A DNA stretch of 64,000 bases, from positions 4,836,001 through 4,900,000 of the forward strand of contig CM035353.1 of the NCBI GenBank assembly GCA_020137815.1. The letters run 5' to 3'. The translations under genes were made by a program, and so were the position numbers. Each line of letters begins with the position of its first letter. The stretch's first letter is position 1. This DNA comes from Hormiphora californensis. Its lineage: Eukaryota; Animalia; Ctenophora. Of this stretch, positions 47,250 through 58,329 are shown in pieces. The notes under the pieces were generated by a model. The model worked only from the letters and a program-made list of their open reading frames with translations, was not told where the DNA came from and did not search any database.

Positions 47250-48234
47250 TATTATATTCAGAACGGTGAACGTAATTAGGGTTAAAAATAGCTTCAAAGC
47301 TTGAGTGAGGCGATATCATCCTGTCGGGCCGTCGGTCAACTCTTGGAGGCGTTGAAGGTCCCAGTTGGTTTTGGGTGCTGTTGACTGTTGAGGGGAGCAT
47401 TGTCAGTCCTCAAGAAACGTTACAATCTCCGTAACTTTGTAGCGTGATCTCCTCCCTCATGTCCGTGTAATTGTGTTACAGTTCATGGTGACCGCTGTAT
47501 TAGGCATCCTGGGAAGGGGAGGGGGTGTTAGAGAGGGGAGAGGATATTAGAAAGGGTTGTTTAAAAATGCCCACTTATATTATGTGGGGGTGTTAGATTG
47601 GGAGGCGTGGGGTAAGAGGGTGATGGATGTGTCTGAAAGCAGTCTACGGGGTTTAATATTCACTACCTTAAAAAAGTAAAATATAATTACTAACCAAGAT
47701 TTCATGACGCAGACAATTTTTTCTTCATCAGGAGTTAGGTGCTGAGATAGTCGATATATCACCCAAAATCTTTCAGTATTAACAATAGTATCTATCTCGT
47801 GCACGTTGGTAGTTTCTCTAGATCTTGGGGGAGCTGTGTCACGGGGCTGGAGAGGTAGACCGAGGGAACATTGTCCCTCCGGGGGAGGCACGTAAATGCT
47901 CCACACAGCCGGGTTGTTCCTAGGGAGAGAGAGTGGAAGCCTGGATAGTGATACGTTGGATTTGCCAATGTGGCTACAAAGGGAGGCTCGGCATTGGGGT
48001 TCTATCCAATCGAAAAGTAGATCACAACAAGATAATGAAGCATAAGTGAGTTATGTGCAGTCAGCAGTGTATCCTGGTATCAAATGCCAAATCCACTGGA
48101 TGATATTCTGCGAAAGAGCGTAGTCACAATCAATTTGTCAGTCCTCCTGGCAGCTTGTAGGGATCTTCAATACTAGACTTCTTTATTGAGATGAAACTGG
48201 GGACAGGGTAGGTGAGAGGCACATCCATTTGAAG

Positions 48235-48632
48235 GCTTTTATGATAGCCAAGGTCCTCAAAGTACTCATCCCCGTAGTAGCGAAGTAGCTCTTGCCCCTC
48301 CATGAACCCCTTCGACGTGTAGTACTCCAGCTCCCCTAAAATTAAAGTTATCTTTGGTATTTTTATTTCATGTTGATGCACACTTACAGTAACTAACAAG
48401 CATCCAATTTTAATCCCCCTCCCCGTAAGTGTCACTCACCATGCCGAATCCGGATTTCGATGTTTTCCTCAGTTCTTGTTCGTGAGCAATTGACGAACCT
48501 CAACCTGTTCGACTTGGTTGGGTCTTCCCCGTCGAAGTAATGGCTTCCATACTCTGTGTTAATTTTCCAGCAGTACCCGGACTCTTCCCCTTTCCTTTCG
48601 TTTCTTTTATATTGTTTCGCCGGGATTTTCAC
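48235..48632 (-). pseudogene. PR/SET domain fragment (PRDM7/9-like), two exons with an in-frame GT-AG intron at 48336-48439
   Basis: ESGYCWKI...YFDGEDPTKSNRLRFVNCSRTRTEENI..RH|GELEYYTSKGFMEGQELLRYYGDEYFEDLGY. Confidence 0.88.
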
Positions 48633-49099
48633 CCCCTTACATGTCCATGTTTTAAAAACGAAAGGTAACTCTCAGATAAAAGTTTATGAGAATTAAGAAG
48701 ATGGTGGAAAACATGATTTATTAATAGCACTGTGGGGAGTGGGTCCTCAGGAGAACTCGACAGGGTAATACAATTTCCCTCGTATTAGTATTTGTAATTT
48801 ATTAATAGGAAATTTTATCTAAACCTACCAAGGCTGGTGCCCGCTGGAATAAATTCAAGGGCAAAACCCGCAATAAAGAATGTTTTAAAAGGTTTAATTA
48901 AGGCTTAATTCGGTAAATCTGGATAACAATAATTTCCTTGAATTCTGGGAACATTTCGTACTCGTTGAAGACATATCTTGCCCCACATTTCGTATTTTTT
49001 ATTAACTCTTTGCAGACCCTCTGTCGTTTTGCTGGTCCGACCTAACACGAAAAATGGTTCAGTAAAATATATGTCTTCAAATGACTGCAAAGATAAATC

Positions 49100-49256
49100 T
49101 GCAATATTACTACATTAAATGTTATAACATCCAGTCCCCATTCGATGCCGGCCACAAGAGTCGCTTCTATTTTAGCTTTTAACGCTTCGTTTACTGCGTA
49201 TCGGTAGTGTTCTTTGAATGTGAGTTTTTGATCTAGGATTACTCCCATGTACTTAT
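49100..49256 (-). pseudogene. Non-LTR retrotransposon RT thumb-region fragment
   Basis: KYMGVILDQKLTFKEH...WGL motif. Confidence 0.8.
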
Positions 49257-49379
49257 AATCACTCGCCTGCTCGATCTGCTGCTCTTTGTATATCAGTTTC
49301 GGGCTTTGTGAATCCGGGTTCGTGAATCTCCAAAAGTTGACTTATCCGGGCTTTCTTCTCATTTGCAATATGATTAGCT

Positions 49380-49520
49380 CGAGACAGTGACGCTCCTAAT
49401 TGTTTCTTGTGACTTCTTGCACGTCTGACCGCCGCTGTTGTCATAGCTACTGCCCTCTCAACATCTTGGGTGTGACACGGGAGCGCTGTCTTCAAGGGGG
49501 TATCCAGAAAATATCTCATT
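49380..49520 (-). pseudogene. hAT-related (hATm/hATx-type) transposase C-terminal fragment
   Basis: LPCHTQDVERAVAMTTAA matches the PCHTQxVERxV motif. Confidence 0.65.
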
Positions 49521-50193
49521 TTTGGTGGTATAAGTATCATTCGGTTAAATTTTCACATCGGTCCTTCCCTAACACATGAACATTTCTGAATAAAATTTAA
49601 CTCTCCTCGGCCCTTCCTGTCTGGGGAGAGAGCCCTGGCGCGCGCAGACACCCTGGAAAATGTCGCATGTGTCAGTGCGTGTGTGGGTCGCGAGCACCCC
49701 CCTGACCTCGTTCTGGTCCCTAAAAAGGGGCGCCAGGGGGCAATGGTTCCCCTTATGCTAGAAACAAAACTCCGGGTGTTCTGGAATCCTCTCAGTGTCT
49801 ACTTTTCAAATCACGTTGTTCCCTAACATTATCATTACCACTGTCAGACCCTAAGATTCAATCCGTACACACCACACTTGTTGTCTTGTTGTCTTATGAT
49901 TTTGCATCAGAGGAAGGTGTATAATAAGAAGACATGTACTGAACTAATTTCTGCCAAACCTTCGAATTTAAAAATGATAATAAAAATAACAGTAAAATTT
50001 GACAGGAACTTGGCTTAGGAGATTCAATCCGTACACACCACACTTGTTGTCTTACTCATGATTTTGCAACAGAGGAGGGTGTATAAGAAGACATGTTGAT
50101 ACTTGATGTATTGAACTAATTCTCGCCAAACCGTCTAATTGAAATGTACCCCCCATGCCTTCGTAAATGGTGGTCGATTTTAAATTTCATCCC

Positions 50194-50550
50194 TCAATAA
50201 GAGCACTCAAAAGCTCGCTCGTCGGAGTGCACTATTTTTAAGTGCCGATCGAGCGAACTTTTGGCCGCAAACTCCCTCTCACAGTCCTTGCATTTATGCC
50301 TCGGGTGTTGGTGGCTTTTCTTGTGTACCTGTAGCTCGGACAGGTACATGAAGGACATGTAGCACTCCGTACACTGATGATTCCCTTGATCGTGATCTCG
50401 GGAGTGGTGCTGGTCCCGTTCCTTGATCGACCGGAATTCCCCATCACATGCCCTATATCGACAGGGGAAGGCCTGTTTCTGGTGAATCGCCCGTCTGTGC
50501 CGCACTAGGTGAAACTTCCGCCTTGCAGTGTAAGGGCATTCCTCACACTG
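50194..50550 (-). pseudogene. C2H2 zinc-finger array fragment (about 4 fingers)
   Basis: CEECPYTARRKFHLVRHRRAIH, CRYRACDGEF...HHSRDH, CTECYMSFMYLSELQVHKKSH, CKDCEREFAAKSSLDRHLKIVH. Confidence 0.9.
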
Positions 50551-51199
50551 TAAACAAAAGTCTGTTATGTGTGGTTTGGAAATATTTTATACGGGACGAA
50601 TGTGGAGTGTTCTCACAGTGATAGTAGTAGCATCATGAATCCAAAAATTATCATCATAATACATTGTTAGAAAGGACCTACATAATTAGAAAGTAAATTA
50701 CCTGAAATGTACTGGGCATGTGTGTAGCACAGTAGCTGTTGAATCGGGGTCTGACTTAATTTATATACTTTATTATTTGTATTATTGAGAAGACGTATTT
50801 AAAGTAGGATGATTTATGATTTATTTACCTTCTGACGCTACACTAGTGTATCCCCAGCTGGATCTAGTCGCATCTGCAAAAGCCGTACTTGCACCATTTT
50901 GCCGGGTTAAATAACGTGTCACAACTCCTGGAGTGAGAGTGTGTGAGTGATTGTATGGGTGATTATGGGAGGAGGGGGATGGATGCAATTCTAGACGTAC
51001 AAGGCATCATTTATAAGTGTTACATCTTACAAACTCTTCGAGTATATGTGTGTACACTCTACAATGCGTCACCCCTCTTCCCCTTTCCTCTCTTTTCTTT
51101 TATATTGTTTCGCGGGGATTTTCACTCCCTTATAATATATGTCCCTGTTTTAAATTCTCAGATAAAATTTTATGAGAAGAAAATGGTGGAAAACATAAT

Positions 51200-51790
51200 T
51201 TATTAATGGAAATTAATGAAATGGCCGTAAGGTCAATATTGGATTGTTGACCGAGTGAAGGTCTTGTCCACGTTGGTCCTTGGTCTGCGTCATTCATGAT
51301 CACGATGCCTTGATTGGTGAAGTTATTGATGGCGAGCTCTCCTCTTGGGCAAGCTCTGTCACCTCCCCAACTAGGGTGCTTAGCGTTGAAATCTCCCCCG
51401 ATTAGGATGGGAAGATTAGTCTCATCGCACCAGGATATTAGCTTGGTCAGATCTTCCGAGAAGGGGGAAGTGCTCTGTGCCGACCAGTAGAAGGACACTA
51501 AAACAATTTTGTTCAGCCTCACCGCCACCAAATCCTCCGTACAAAACTCCTCCAACCTAACAACGCTGTTCCTGATATCTGATAACATTATAATGCATGC
51601 TCTGATAGGTTTTGTGGGGCTTGCATTTAATTAGAGACCCTTTGACCGGCAGAGATACCTTCATTTTCTTGTTCACCCTCGGTGGCTCTTGTAGAAGCCA
51701 TACTGTTTGGTTACCGAATTTACCGAGGTCGTCAATTGCCGTTTTTGAACAGTTGCTGGAAGCAAGACAGTTCCATCCCTACCCACTATC
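51200..51790 (-). pseudogene. APE-type endonuclease of a non-LTR retrotransposon (R1/Loa/I-like), frameshifted; N-terminal part duplicated at 51928-52146
   Basis: WLLQEPP, RACII, LVSFYW, LIGGDFNAKHPSWGG, RGE, MND, PTW, SNIDLT motifs. Confidence 0.92.
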
Positions 51791-52279
51791 CCGATGTTGT
51801 GAATGATGAAGATAAACTCGACTTTAGGTATCTTTTAAATTTGAATCTTTAGAAAGTTTAACCCTTTGGGGATGATAAGCCCCCCCCCCCCCCCCCCCCC
51901 CCCCGTCGACAGAATTCTCTAAAACTTTCTGATAGGTTTTGTGGGGCTTTGTGTTTAATTAGAGACCCTTTGACCGGCAGAGATACCTTCATTTTCTTGT
52001 TCACCGTCGGTGGCTCTTGTAGAAGCCATACTGTTTGGTTACCGAATTTACCGAGGTCGTCAATTGCCGTTTTTGAACAGTTGCTGGAAGCAAGACAGTT
52101 CCATCCCTACCCACTATCCCGATGTTGTGAATGATGAAGATAAACTTAAATTTTAATCTTTAGAAAGGTTAATTAAGGGTTAATTCTGTAAATCTGGAAA
52201 ACAATAAATCAGAGAAGACCAGTTTTCAATTTCCTTGAATTCTGGGAACATTTCGTACTCGTTGAAAATGTGTTGCAGG

Positions 52280-52390
52280 TGTTCAGTTCCAATCCTAATC
52301 TGTCACACCATTGGGTGATTTCGTCAAGGATCCATTGTGTTCTGCTGATGAGATTGTCAATATTCTTTCCTTCCACCAATGACTATTGAG
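52280..52390 (-). pseudogene. Non-LTR RT fragment, just after the YADD motif
   Basis: NIDNLISRTQWILDEITQWCDRLGLELN. Confidence 0.75.
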
Positions 52391-52414
52391 AACTTCCATT
52401 GCCGACTGTGGCCG

Positions 52415-52675
52415 CTAACAAAAATCATTCAAGCAATATTCGCCCATGTTTTCAGCCTCATACGCTTCCAAGCAGTGGTTGCAGTAGGCCAATTTCTGTG
52501 GCATTTGCACCTTAACTAATTTTGCAGCGACATATATAGGAGTTCCACTGTTCAATTCGGCCAGGACAAGTGGAACTGTAATTTTCTGCAGTATGTTGTC
52601 CGGATAATTTTCCAAACAGTCCTTGATGAATGCGTATAACGCTCTAGAAGGGTATCTTCCCTTCCTCTTGTTCAA
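52415..52675 (-). pseudogene. Cys-rich fragment, possibly CACTA transposase N-terminal region; paralogous piece at ~45480-45580
   Basis: QKLAYCNHCLEAYEAENMGEYC..FC; about 70 nt nearly identical to 45509-45577. Confidence 0.4.
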
Positions 52676-52949
52676 GGTTTTCTCAGCGTGTTGCTAGTAT
52701 GTGCTAGGTAACTTTTCATATTTCTCTTTCTAACAAAGGCATCGAACCCAGGTTCGCTTTTGTTACTCAACAAGGCTGAGAAGAGGCAGCAACTTTGTTG
52801 GGCAGCTTATTCAATTATCCTTTTCCTTGTTAATAACCCTTTTTCCGGGAATCTAGGAATCGATCAAGAGACTATATTATGGTATTCTAAATGTCACAGA
52901 AATAGCAATCCAAACTAGCCCGAACCGCCATAAAATTTAGGTGTCGTGC

Positions 52950-53290
52950 TTGAGTATTGCGTGTCAGGGTAACCCCAATTATTTCTTTTAGCCGGAGGAT
53001 TAAATCAGCGAGCAGTTTTATTGATTTTTCCGTGGTTTTTCCTGATTTCAGTTTCAGAAGCGTAGACGTGTTACTATCGGTGTAAAAAGTTACACCGCTC
53101 GAGTCGTGGAGGCCGTTCTGGATGACTGCCTCCACTGTCGATGCAATGGCCTGGGACTCCGCTTGCCCGATAGATTGGTTGGGGTGAAGTGTAATTTCCC
53201 CAGTGTCACCTGTACCCCATCTTTAAAAACTACCCAGCCCGCTCCTGTACCTGTTTGTGTTTTGCTGCCGTCCGTATATAGGTGAAGACT
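52950..53290 (-). pseudogene. RNase H domain of a non-LTR retrotransposon, frameshifted
   Basis: LYTDGSKTQTGTGAGW, QAESQAI, VTFYTDS motifs; a second degenerate copy of the start lies near 53500-53545. Confidence 0.88.
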
Positions 53291-54177
53291 CTTTTCTTGA
53301 CCTTTTTTTCTTTTTCGGCAGAGATATTTCCTTCAGTCTCCGCTCTAGATCATCTGTTATATCCATACCTTACACCTTAAATTAAATACGAAATGTTAGT
53401 GGCAGACAGTTCGGAGTTGAGACGTGAACAAGGTTTTTACTTTGGCGAACGAAAATTATGCAAGGAGGTTGACAGAGAATTTAGCGCTGTTTACATGCTC
53501 CGGTTTGTGTTTTGCTGCCGTATAGATGTGGAAACCTGTGTACAAAGTGTTACGTGTCACCCCCACAATCCAGTCCCCATTCGAAGCCTGGGGCGGGGGA
53601 CGGGGGGGGTCCGACAAATGACAATTATGCAACAGCCTAAAAAGGGGGGTGTTTATAATTATAACTATGACACGGTAAAAAATTACCTTAAACTGCAATA
53701 TTGATATAATAACTGTGAATTAAATACCAATTAAATCAGGAAAATCGTTCTACTTGGTTCTGTTTGTTCCGATGGAACCTCTTGTTTTACAAAAACGTTG
53801 TAAACCTTTATTCATTATCGACCTTACTACGGCATTTTGGACATTGTCATATGTCTCCCGCCATACAATTAGCAGATAGCAGCACCGGTTGATCCTATAT
53901 AGGTCAGGTCGGACGTAGTAAATTTATCAATGTAGAATAGATTGTCATGTTAAGACATAACCATCAATGGGTCCTGTCTATCCGCGACGATCAGGTATAT
54001 CAAGTGGCTCGCCCTTCTTACTGAGTTTTATGTACAGATAAAGTACGAAATCCCAACGTATGTATTCTTGCCGCTCCATCGTTCCTTCCAAATGACAAAT
54101 GGTATATAGTGCATGTGGTTGGTACACCGCAACACATGAAGCCGGATTTTCTGATGATATATATATGTAATACATCA

Positions 54178-54270
54178 CCTGCTGAGACTTTTATTGAATG
54201 GTCTTTCTTGCTCAGTTTCAGTCCTAAAAGGCTTCATAACGTGACGGTGGATAGTGAAGGCACCGTCTGA
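54178..54270 (-). pseudogene. PIF/Harbinger transposase (DDE_Tnp_4) fragment
   Basis: SDGAFTIHRHVMKPFRTETEQERPFNKSLSR matches GDxAFP...MKP...ERxFNxxLSR. Confidence 0.75.
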
Positions 54271-54638
54271 GGGGTAATTGCAGTCCAAAATTATGAAGCA
54301 TTTCCAGGGAACTCTTGATTGTGGCTGTTATAACGATTTGACCTAACATTGCATTTTCTTCAAATCCACGCTTACCGGCAACAAGAAATTACGGTATCTT
54401 TTCATAAATCCTCTGAAGGGGTAAGATTCGTGAAAGATGATGATTTGATGTGGACAATGTAATAAATTGTTACCCGTTTGTTGTGACATTGACTTACGTT
54501 GTCTTCGCCCTTTGGCCTAAAATCAGCCAGTTTTTCTGTATAATATTATCGCATAGCACTTCCAATGTCTAGTTTTGGAAAGAAACTTCATGTGTGACGT
54601 CTAAATGACCCTTTTCAATTTTAACCCTCTGCCTCGAT

Positions 54639-55640
54639 GGGGGGGTATCAACCATTTTTGTGTACGGATGTACGGAAAAAGCAGGCAATATTTTTTTGTA
54701 CGGTCCGTACAAAAAATACAAAAAAATACAAAAAAATACAAAAAAATACAAAAAAGTTTACTGCTGTCGGGAACTTCTTTGGTGCCTTCTAGAGGTCTCT
54801 AGAGGCGCTCGAGGTCCTTCTATTGGCCTTTAAAGGCCTCTAGAGTGTTTATTTAGTTTATTTTACCATTCCCCGTCCCCACGACCCCGGTGTCCCAGCA
54901 TATTTTTTGGCCGAGAATGGCCAAAATTTATCCCCATTTTGGCCGATTTTTCCCGTGGTCTAAGTTAGTTTGATAATAGTTCAAGATAGTGGAACTTTAA
55001 TTTAATAGTCTAAAAACGGTCGAGTTTTTGAATCTAATTGATTTACACTTAGTGCTAAACCAAGTGTTAGTATTTAAAAGTTTTGAAAAAAAAGTACCCA
55101 GGCGAGTTTCGAACCCGGGACCTTCTGCGTGTCAAGCAGATGTAATAACCACTACACCATGGGGGAACTGACTTGACTGCGATTTGAGAGTATATATTAT
55201 AGCGCACGCACAACTGCCCGGGGGAGAGAGGCCGATTCGGCTTGTTCAGTTTTTCGGCCTTCTTATGCCTCCTTTTTCCAGGCATGAGGGGGAATAAGTA
55301 GGCATATTCGGCCGAAAAATGAAATTTCATCAGAAAATAAAGCTTGGGCACTATTCCGACTAGGATTTGGAGCAAGTTCAGGTCTAGAATAACTTAATCA
55401 TGGTAATGTTCGCATGGAAAAAGCATGGGATTATGAGTACTACGAAACTAGAGGGCTATACAGGCCAGTATAAGGACCCCGCAAACCTCTAGAGACTTAT
55501 AGGGGGCCTAAAGAAGTTCCCTTCAGCAGTATATTTTTTTGTATTTTTTGTACGGAAAAAGCAGGGAATTTTGGTTATTTTTTTGTACGGACCGTACAAA
55601 AAAATACAAAAAAATACAAAAAATAGGTTGGTACCCCCCC
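54639..55640. mobile_element. Poly-G-ended TIR element (1002 bp), 8-bp TSD, 10-bp subterminal repeats, central tRNA-like cassette
   Basis: G7-tatcaacc / ggttggta-C7; gcctcgat at 54631-54638 and 55641-55648; (aaaaaataca)n. Confidence 0.92.
55094..55166 (-). tRNA. tRNA-Val-like pseudogene (GAC anticodon; body resembles Val-TAC) inside a MITE
   Basis: tggtgtagtggttattaca (A box/D arm), tctgc-ttgacac-gcaga anticodon arm, ggttcgaaac B box, T8 tract directly downstream; acceptor stem pairs poorly. Confidence 0.75.
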
Positions 55641-56049
55641 GCCTCGATACACATAAACCCGTCAGTATATCCCAGCTCAACATAGTTTTTTTGTAAAACT
55701 CACCTCTTCACAGATCTCTCTAGATATCCCATTTGGCAAGATGCTGGTGGAGCTGTACACTCGTCTCTTCAACTACTTCTGCCGAACCGGCCGGACATCC
55801 CATTGCTGCCCCGTTGAAACTCAGCAGCCGGACCGCATCTTCCTTTCTCAGTTCCTGGAGGGTTGCTGGCTTCTCTTTTAGAATGTCCTCAAGAGATTTA
55901 GCTTGTGCAAACTCGTAGGAGTATAACTTGAAAGTGTTAGTTGTGTTCATGATGTTAACAAAAAACTTACGTTGTCTTAGCTCTCCGGGTACTCTAGACT
56001 TGGGATCAAGGAGGCGCTGTTTAATATATGTCTTGTGCAATGACGTCTG

Positions 56050-56149
56050 AGGAGAAAATCTCCCATCACTTCTCCTCCCAGCTGATCCAACGTTGAGATG
56101 CACCACCCAGTAGGCACTGTCTACAATGGCCACGGAGTGGAACTCTTTG
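56050..56149 (-). pseudogene. PIF/Harbinger transposase fragment fused to unrelated coding sequence
   Basis: KEFHSVAIVDSAYWVVHLNVGSAGRRSDG matches FHS..AIVD.Y....VG..GR.SDG. Confidence 0.75.
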
Positions 56150-56151
56150 TA

Positions 56152-56930
56152 GGGTAAACCGGGGCAAAATGGTTAACTTTTTACTTAATCGGTTCTCACT
56201 CCCATTTAAAAAAAGATACAATGAAAAAAATTATATAGGATTAAAGTTCATTATTTTATCTTTCAAATAAGATAAATTTCAACTATAGGGACCATCATTT
56301 ACTTAACTAAATAACTAATTGAAAAATTTTGGTCGGAAAAATTGGTACCGGGGCAATTCGAGCATCACCAATAGGAGTGCTTTATTTCGTCACGTGGGAG
56401 TCACGTGAACGTCCTCACAACACCAGAAGAAGATTCCCGCCTGGTGTTGTTAGAGGTGGGGGCAATTCGAACAATGTAATCTACACGCAATCTACACGCT
56501 GGTCGTTCTTGCTCGAATTGCCCCGGTATCACGCGTGATCACGTGGTGCAAAGAACTGCACATCATTGGCCCGGGAGTTAACCAAATTGCCCCGGTGTGT
56601 TAACCAAATTGCCCATGTTCGAATTGCCCCGGTTGTTCGAATTGCCCCGGTAATCTTAATTTACCAGAATTTGGAATGAAAACATGCGAATATTTGAATA
56701 ATTTTTATACCATCTGAAAGCTGATATTATTAGCTTTCAGCTGGTTTTTTCAAATCGGAAATTGACCAACTTAAACCGGATCTAGAGCCTATTTAGTGGT
56801 AACGGGCAGGCTCGAACGAGCAGTTTTCTTCTGGAGATAGGATGACGTCATTATGATAGCTTAACTAGGTGAGAGACGGGCAGTACTATGTTCGAATTGC
56901 CCCAGTTGTTCGAATTGCCCCGGTTTACCC
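56152..56930. mobile_element. TA-flanked Tc1/pogo-like MITE (~780 bp)
   Basis: gggtaaaccggggcaa / ttgccccggtttaccc; TA on both sides; many (gttcg)aattgccccgg motifs. Confidence 0.85.
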
Positions 56931-56944
56931 TAGTTATAATTTGC

Positions 56945-57200
56945 AGAGGTTTGCTTTGGTATTAGGACACCCCAAGTTTCACACATTTTGCTAGGGATTG
57001 ATTGTAAGACTATGCACTATGCAGTCCCGGTAGATTCTGCACAATCTTTCTTCAATTACTGGGAGGATAGCCGTGAGAGTTTTCCATCGAATACCGTCCG
57101 GACCAGGTGCCCCGTTCAGGTTGTTCATTTCCCCATAGCTAGCTTGATATTCTCTTTGGTTACTAGTGGTAGTAGACAGTCGTGAGTTGGATATTAACTC
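56945..57200 (-). pseudogene. Non-LTR RT N-terminal (domain 0) fragment
   Basis: GAPGPDGIRWKTL...LCRIYRDCI...GVLIPK. Confidence 0.85.
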
Positions 57201-57829
57201 TTCTACTGACAGTTGCTTTAGGGGTGGGAGGGTTGGGTGCTCATTATCCATCTCTACCCCCTTTATGTGGGTGTCTTCTGCAGTATTTCCACACATTCCT
57301 TACTCGATTTCACTGGCAGTCCATTTATCTGTATTGGTGGGATGCCCGGAGTAGTCCTTCCTTTTCCCATCTTCTTTATCAGTTTAAATAAGTTGGTATA
57401 AATATGAAAGGGTTTTACAGCACGTTTGGTATGATGCACCTTTTCCCAATCGTCAAGAATCTTTGTAGCAACCTTTGCCAAGAGTGCTGTGCACGATGGG
57501 AGGACCTTTCCTCCTCGTGAATTATATCTCTTTTTGTAGACTGAAACTTGAGGAATAATAATATGTATAGCATAAACATGAAAAATAATAATAGGGCAGT
57601 CACCGGTCAGTGCACTGCAACACATGGGGGGTGCAGCCTAAAATCCCTCCCCAGGTTCGATAAGATCTTAACGAACTCCTTCGTGGTCAGACTGCGAGCT
57701 CCGTTCTCCCGTAGGACGACTTCCTGAAATCTCCTTGTCACATCTCTTGTTGAGTTCCCCCTCACTCAACAAGTCATCTTGTGTAACGGCAGACACTTTT
57801 TATCCTGCCTTTTTTAATGGCAGTCTTTT

Positions 57830-58030
57830 CTTTGTCATGAAGCTTTGAGTAAATTTGGGTGTCTGTATCCAGATGCTGGAGAATGAGTCTTTCCAGCAGT
57901 TTGAAAAACACCGAGGCCAGAGTTATTGTTCTGTAGTTGGCCGCATTCTCCTTTTGTTTATCAGATTTGGGTATTAGGACACCCCGAGTTTCACACATTT
58001 TGCTAGGGATTGATTGTAAGACTATGCACT
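57830..58030 (-). pseudogene. Non-LTR RT domain 1-2 fragment
   Basis: GVLIPKSDKQKENAANYRTITLASVFFKLLERLI. Confidence 0.88.
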
Positions 58031-58329
58031 GTGGAGGGGGGGGGGGGTTGGCAGCATTAACATTATTATGGCTGTCCCTTCACCTTCAAACATAATAGTT
58101 TATTCGTATGCAAGAAAATTCCCTGTAGCTTTCCAAAACAATTTTCTTGGTGGCTGAAGATATTTAACTATCCTGCTATGGTGGTATAAATGGCCAGTGG
58201 CCATTGGCCACCCTTCATATTTCAACTTTGTTGTGTAATTGTTTTCTTTTTTACTCTAAATAATTATTTCTCTCTATAAATAATTTAAAAATTCATAATA
58301 CGAAAAACAAAAACCGGAATTCCGGTATA

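Noticed and set aside
47860-48120. Possible second APE endonuclease remnant (AVWSIYVPP)
   Set aside because: Only one weak motif and no GDFN; unsupported
53850-54060. Possible piggyBac transposase remnant (DNLFYIDKFTTSDL)
   Set aside because: Too degenerate, with stops and frameshifts, to support by eye
54621-54638. ttaaccct as a piggyBac left end
   Set aside because: No matching right end found; the adjacent element is explained by G7 termini with the gcctcgat TSD
55094-55166. Functional tRNA-Val(GAC) gene
   Set aside because: Acceptor stem and T stem are mispaired and it sits in a transposon; kept only as a pseudogene
56340-56930. Repeated gttcgaatt motifs as Pol III B boxes or tRNA pieces
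   Set aside because: They lack the B-box GGTTCGANNC context and any cloverleaf; they are TIR-derived subrepeats of the MITE
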